From: Blepharisma stoltei ATCC 30299
Taxonomy: Eukaryota > Protista > Ciliophora
Assembly (NCBI GenBank): GCA_965603825.1
Contig: CBFDEM010000063.1
Location: 248,001-312,000 of the forward strand
Length of the DNA stretch: 64,000 nucleotides
Reading direction: 5' to 3'
The translations under genes were made by a program, and so were the position numbers. The notes beneath the pieces are model-generated. The model saw nothing but the letters and a program-made list of their open reading frames with translations, did not search any database and was not told where the DNA came from. Shown here piece after piece: positions 59,757 to 64,000 of this stretch (within the stretch, counting starts at the first letter, position 1; each line of letters starts with the position of its first letter).

Positions 59757-62555
59757 ATGTGAATTTCAAAAAAACTGTTTTGGTCCCTGTTAGTAATTTT
59801 CTGTGTGGAAGAAATGGAACCAACATCTAAGCTTTTCTTCAAAGTTGGGCAGCAAACATCGAAGCATCCTAAACTAATTTTAACCATTCAGCTTCTAATA
59901 TCCATTTCAAGCTGTATTGGCTTCTTTTGGATTGACGTAAAATCTTCGCCTCATAGCCTTTGGGTTGATACCGACAGCTCTTCACATCACGACAAAAACT
60001 ATGTCGATGATAATTTCGGACCTACCTGAAGGATAAACCGTGCTATTTTCACAGCCAAAGACAGTAGCGTTACTGATGTGTTTCAAAGAGAATATTTAGA
60101 AGAAGTCTGGAAAATCCAATCAGCTATGGAGACTATGGAAATTTTATATGATAATCAACTTCTTACGTTAGACTATTTTTGCCATAAGCCAGGGTACAGC
60201 TCAAACTGCTATACAACGTCACCTATGAATTTTTGGAAAATGAATGTAGACGTTCTTATGACTGATTTATATGTCAAACAAGTAGCCATGTGCCTTAATA
60301 ACGCAGGTAATAACGGTATTTCTTGTTATGACAGAAATGGCTTGCCAATCAGAAGAAACTCCGTTTTTGGAGGAACGTCTTGTGATATCGATGGAAATGG
60401 GAATTGTTCGTTAAATGCAAAAGCTCTTATATTGACTTTTTATTTAAACGATGACCAGCATACCATAGATTTAGGAGCCAGAGTATGGGAGCGCCGGGTA
60501 TTTGAGCACAAGTTAAGGGATTTTAACAACAATGAAAAAAATAAACTAAAAGTAAGCTATGGATCTCAAAGGGCTTTGCATGATAAACTTCAAAAATATG
60601 AAGAAGTCAACCCTTTGATTATTGGGATCCCATTGCTATTTTTATTTATCGTATTAGGCATCATGTTTTCTTCGCTGCCTTCTAAAGTTCACTCAAGGTT
60701 CTTACTGAGCGCTGGAGCAATTTCAATTATTATAGCAAGTGTTGTGATAGCGATAGGAAGCTCGCCAATATTTGACAAAGACCTTTATGTTATTACTATC
60801 CAAGTTTTACCGCTTCTGCTTATCATATTAGGAGCCGGACATTATTTTGTAATAATTTGGGCAAATGATAAAGCGAAAATAAATTCTGATGGAAAAACCA
60901 ATGAAAATATCCTTGCAGAAACCATGAAAAATTCTGGACCGATATTGACAGTTGCCTTTTTGTCTGAGTTGACTGTTTTTATTATAGGCTGCACATATAA
61001 TTATCCAGGAATTAGGGAATTCTGTGAATCATGTGTAGTGGGGCTAATTTTCTTATATATATTCCAGGTGACTGGATTTCCAGCAATGCTTGAGCTAGAT
61101 ACAAGGAGGATTCATAAAAAAAGAATTGATGTTTTGTGCTGCTTTGACCTTATAGGAGATGACAAACTTATAAGAAGAAACTACATAAAAAAAACTGTCA
61201 ATAAATGGTGAATTCCTTCTCTTTTCAATATAGTCACCAAAATTTCATGCGGACTTATAGCACTTTCACTAATGCTTTTAGCTTTTGGAGGGATGGATAA
61301 TGTCCATAGAGGATTAAACCCTCAGGTGTTAGCTCCTTCTGGATCAAATCTTCAGAACTATTATGAAGACTACGAAAAGTATATGGAGACTGGGGAATTA
61401 GGATATCTCGTCCTCAAAGACCTAAACTACACCAGCATAAGCAATCGAAATTTAATAATGAAGCTCAGCGACTCAGTCTCCCAAATGACTAAATCTGTGC
61501 AAGGCCCAGTTTACGCTTGGATAAACCCATTCACCACCTATCTAAACGTGAAAAACTCAGAATGCAACAATACTGATATCTCTGAATACGATTTTAACAC
61601 CCAGCTCCAAAGATTTCTACAAGTTCCTTATAGCTCTTCATGCTGCAAAATGTTCGGCGTATGTGGAGAACTGTATAGAAACGACATAGTCTTCTCAGGA
61701 AGCAGCTTCAGCGTAAAACAAATAAAAACAACAAGGCTCCGTTTTTATTTTCAACCATTAAGATCTCAGCATGAATATATTCGTGCTTATCGTGAGCTTA
61801 AACACGCTGCAGACAAGTGGGCAAAAGACTTCGTATTTATGCCAAATAATGCAAATTCATTGATGCAAAGCAATCCTGCAGAAATTGATTGGATTTCATC
61901 AAAAAACACTTATAAAAGCGACGAAAAGCTGGTTTTCAGCTTTGGGGATTTCTTTGAGTACTATCAGCAATATAACTCTATTAGAGGAGATACGTTGGAA
62001 AAATACTTTATTTGCATTGCAGTGTTTTTGTTCGTATTTGAACTTTTCTTTGGAGCTTATGTAGGGTTTATTATTACTTTTCTTATTGCTTTATCGTCGT
62101 GGGCAGTTGTTGGGTTGTGCTTTATTTTCAATGAAATGATAGGAGGACATACCACAGATATGAATGCAGTCAGTGGACTAAATTTCTTGATATCATGCTG
62201 CATTGCAATAGAGTCAATAATTTATGTTACAGCTGAATTTTTGAATAAATTCGAACAAGCAAAGTCTCAAAAATCGCAAGCAAGCAGAGACCAAAATTCA
62301 AAAATTGTGATTTCTCAGCTTAGTCCAATTCTGGTAGGCCAAATTCTTACCCAGTTAATAGGGATTATCCCGCTTGCTTGCTTCTCAAGTGATTTTTACA
62401 GCCTCTATTTCTTTAGGATCTATCTTTTTGCTATGCTTTTAGGGCTGTTCTATGGGACTGTTTTGCAGCCTATAGTTCTTTCTTATCTTTTCCCTGTGAG
62501 ATCGGCTTATACCTCACCTCCTCCTGTTGAAAAGGAACTTTTAATGAAGTCATAA
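59757..62555 (+). CDS. NPC1/Patched-family sterol-sensing-domain membrane protein lacking the NPC1 N-terminal domain (start 59757 or 59814)
   Basis: PHSLWV..., Cys-containing luminal domain, SSD (QVLPLLLIILG...GPILTVAFLSE...PGIREFC...FQVTGFPAMLELD.RR...RIDVLCC), NAVS..N and YFFRIY. Single frame; ends TAA. Confidence 0.85.
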
Positions 62556-62642
62556 TTATAACTAAATAATTATTATAGTAATATGGAGTGGCAATCTAAT
62601 TTTTTTGCAATAAATTTAATATTAAAAAGTTGTTTTATAAAT

Positions 62643-63389
62643 ATGGAGCCTAGCTATTATGACAAGCAGCTTAACCTATTAAATGAAGGGAAAACCTATG
62701 AATTTGCCCAGAATATTCTTAACAGAGCGAGAAGACTGATATCAAGAGGTCAGCATGCAGAAAGCATAGACATTGCTTTGAGAGCAGCTCTCGAGCTTCT
62801 GAAAAGACAGACCATACCAAATGAGCTGCTTGATATTATTGTTCAGACCTCACAAAACTCTCCTCCAAATTCAGATTTAATTGAAGAAATCTATTCTCAT
62901 TTATCAGCACCTAACGACATCGCATTTCTTAAAAAGCTCTGTAAGAATTGCCCAGATCCCAAAATTTATGCACTTATAGCAAGAGCATTAGACGATTCTG
63001 GCGACCTTGGAAAATCTCTATTATACTGAATTGGAGCTGGGAGTTACAGAGAAATCATCAGAATTTTACAAATTTTAATAGACAGAGGCTATCCAGGCGA
63101 AATTGATCTTTTTGTCTGCAGAACAGTTCTGATCCTTCTCTCCTTCAAGAATTTATCCTTAGCCCAGCATATTATTGGAGAATTTAAATACGTAGATACC
63201 CCTCTGCTAAACTTCACCAGATTTCTAATCCAAGCTCTCGACGTCAAAGAATTTTCACTTGTGGGAATCCTGAAAGAGAGATATGCGCCAACACTTCAAA
63301 GAGATCTGAATTTGATAAAATATTTAGAGCATGTAGAAAAGGCGTTTTCAGCAGAAGCTCCTAATTATATTCCTAATATTTTAGATTAG
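62643..63389 (+). CDS. GET4: Golgi-to-ER traffic protein 4 homolog
   Basis: GKTYEFAQ...R, then after TGA=Trp EIDLFVCRTVL, PLLNFTRFL and LKERYAPTLQRD. TAG at 63387-63389. Confidence 0.8.
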
Positions 63390-63548
63390 CTATAAATATA
63401 CAAAAATAGTCAATTATTTTTATAAATCAACGATTAAGTCTATATTGATAGGCAAAATAGGCTTATTATTTTAAATCATTTCAATATAAAAATTTGAGAG
63501 TTTTAATAGAAATTTGTAGTAACTATAGTTAAAAATTGTAGTAAGAAT

Positions 63549-64000
63549 ATGGCTGAGAGCTTGAAAATCACTATCACTAATAACCTCAAAAATGCTTTAG
63601 TCGAACGATATGAAGTGGCCAGCAAAGGACTAAGAGGCTCACGAAGAGATGAAAAAGATGGGATTTTAAAAATCGGACGAGGAATTTCCGATGAGTGGGG
63701 CAATGCAATTAATGACATTTGCTTGAGCTCAGATGATAGTGCTATTAGTAGAAAACACTGTGAGCTTGAGTACCAGTTTGGATTTAAAGGAACTATTCCT
63801 TTAAATTTCTTTAACTTCTTGCTTGCAAGGCTCCCCAAAAATGAGTCTAGATCAGTCTGATATAATTTGCCTATAGAAATTTGTATATTGATATTTGAAT
63901 TTTTTAAAGAGCCAACTGGCTTTTATGCTAAAGATTTAGGAAGCAAATTTGGAACATTTATTAGAATCGGTGACGAAGGCGTTGTTTTAAAGTCTAATTA
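63549..64000 (+). CDS. FHA-domain protein, 3'-partial
   Basis: LKIGRG, ISRKHC and, after TGA=Trp, AKDLGSKFGTFIRI. The frame is open to the window end. Confidence 0.78.

Noticed and set aside
1-64000. Mollicute or mitochondrial origin (both also use UGA=Trp)
   Set aside because: The genes are eukaryotic nuclear types (Myb, kinesin, TBC, GET4, DHHC) and contain GT-AG introns.

Overview
This AT-rich, gene-dense window is eukaryotic DNA that reads as the macronuclear genome of a heterotrich ciliate, most likely Blepharisma. TGA encodes Trp and only TAA/TAG terminate genes. Genes carry 15-nt GTA...AG introns, and intergenic gaps are as short as 22-31 nt. The supplied ORF track therefore fragments most genes; re-read with TGA=Trp, the window holds about 23 loci. 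Single-copy genes: HIBCH, an ER-type CS/p23 protein, a TBC RabGAP, a membrane-anchored aspartic protease, three coiled-coil proteins, an R2R3 Myb, a kinesin motor continuous with RCC1 repeats, an orphan, a CHIP-like TPR/U-box ligase, a DHHC acyltransferase, a CNBD K+ channel, an NPC1-like protein lacking its N-terminal domain, GET4 and a split-FHA protein. Two duplicated regions stand out. The first is a ~14.5 kb giant surface-protein locus with 12 Cys-rich/LamG-like modules and a multi-TM tail, preceded by a truncated duplicate of its 5' end. The second is a ~21 kb tandem array of PAS-domain multi-TM (TmcB/TmcC-like) genes ranging from intact to frameshifted, truncated and relic. Several internal deletions and frameshifts could be real decay, somatic mis-excision or assembly error; sequence alone cannot separate these. 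No RNA genes, telomeric repeats, transposases or CRISPR arrays were recognised.
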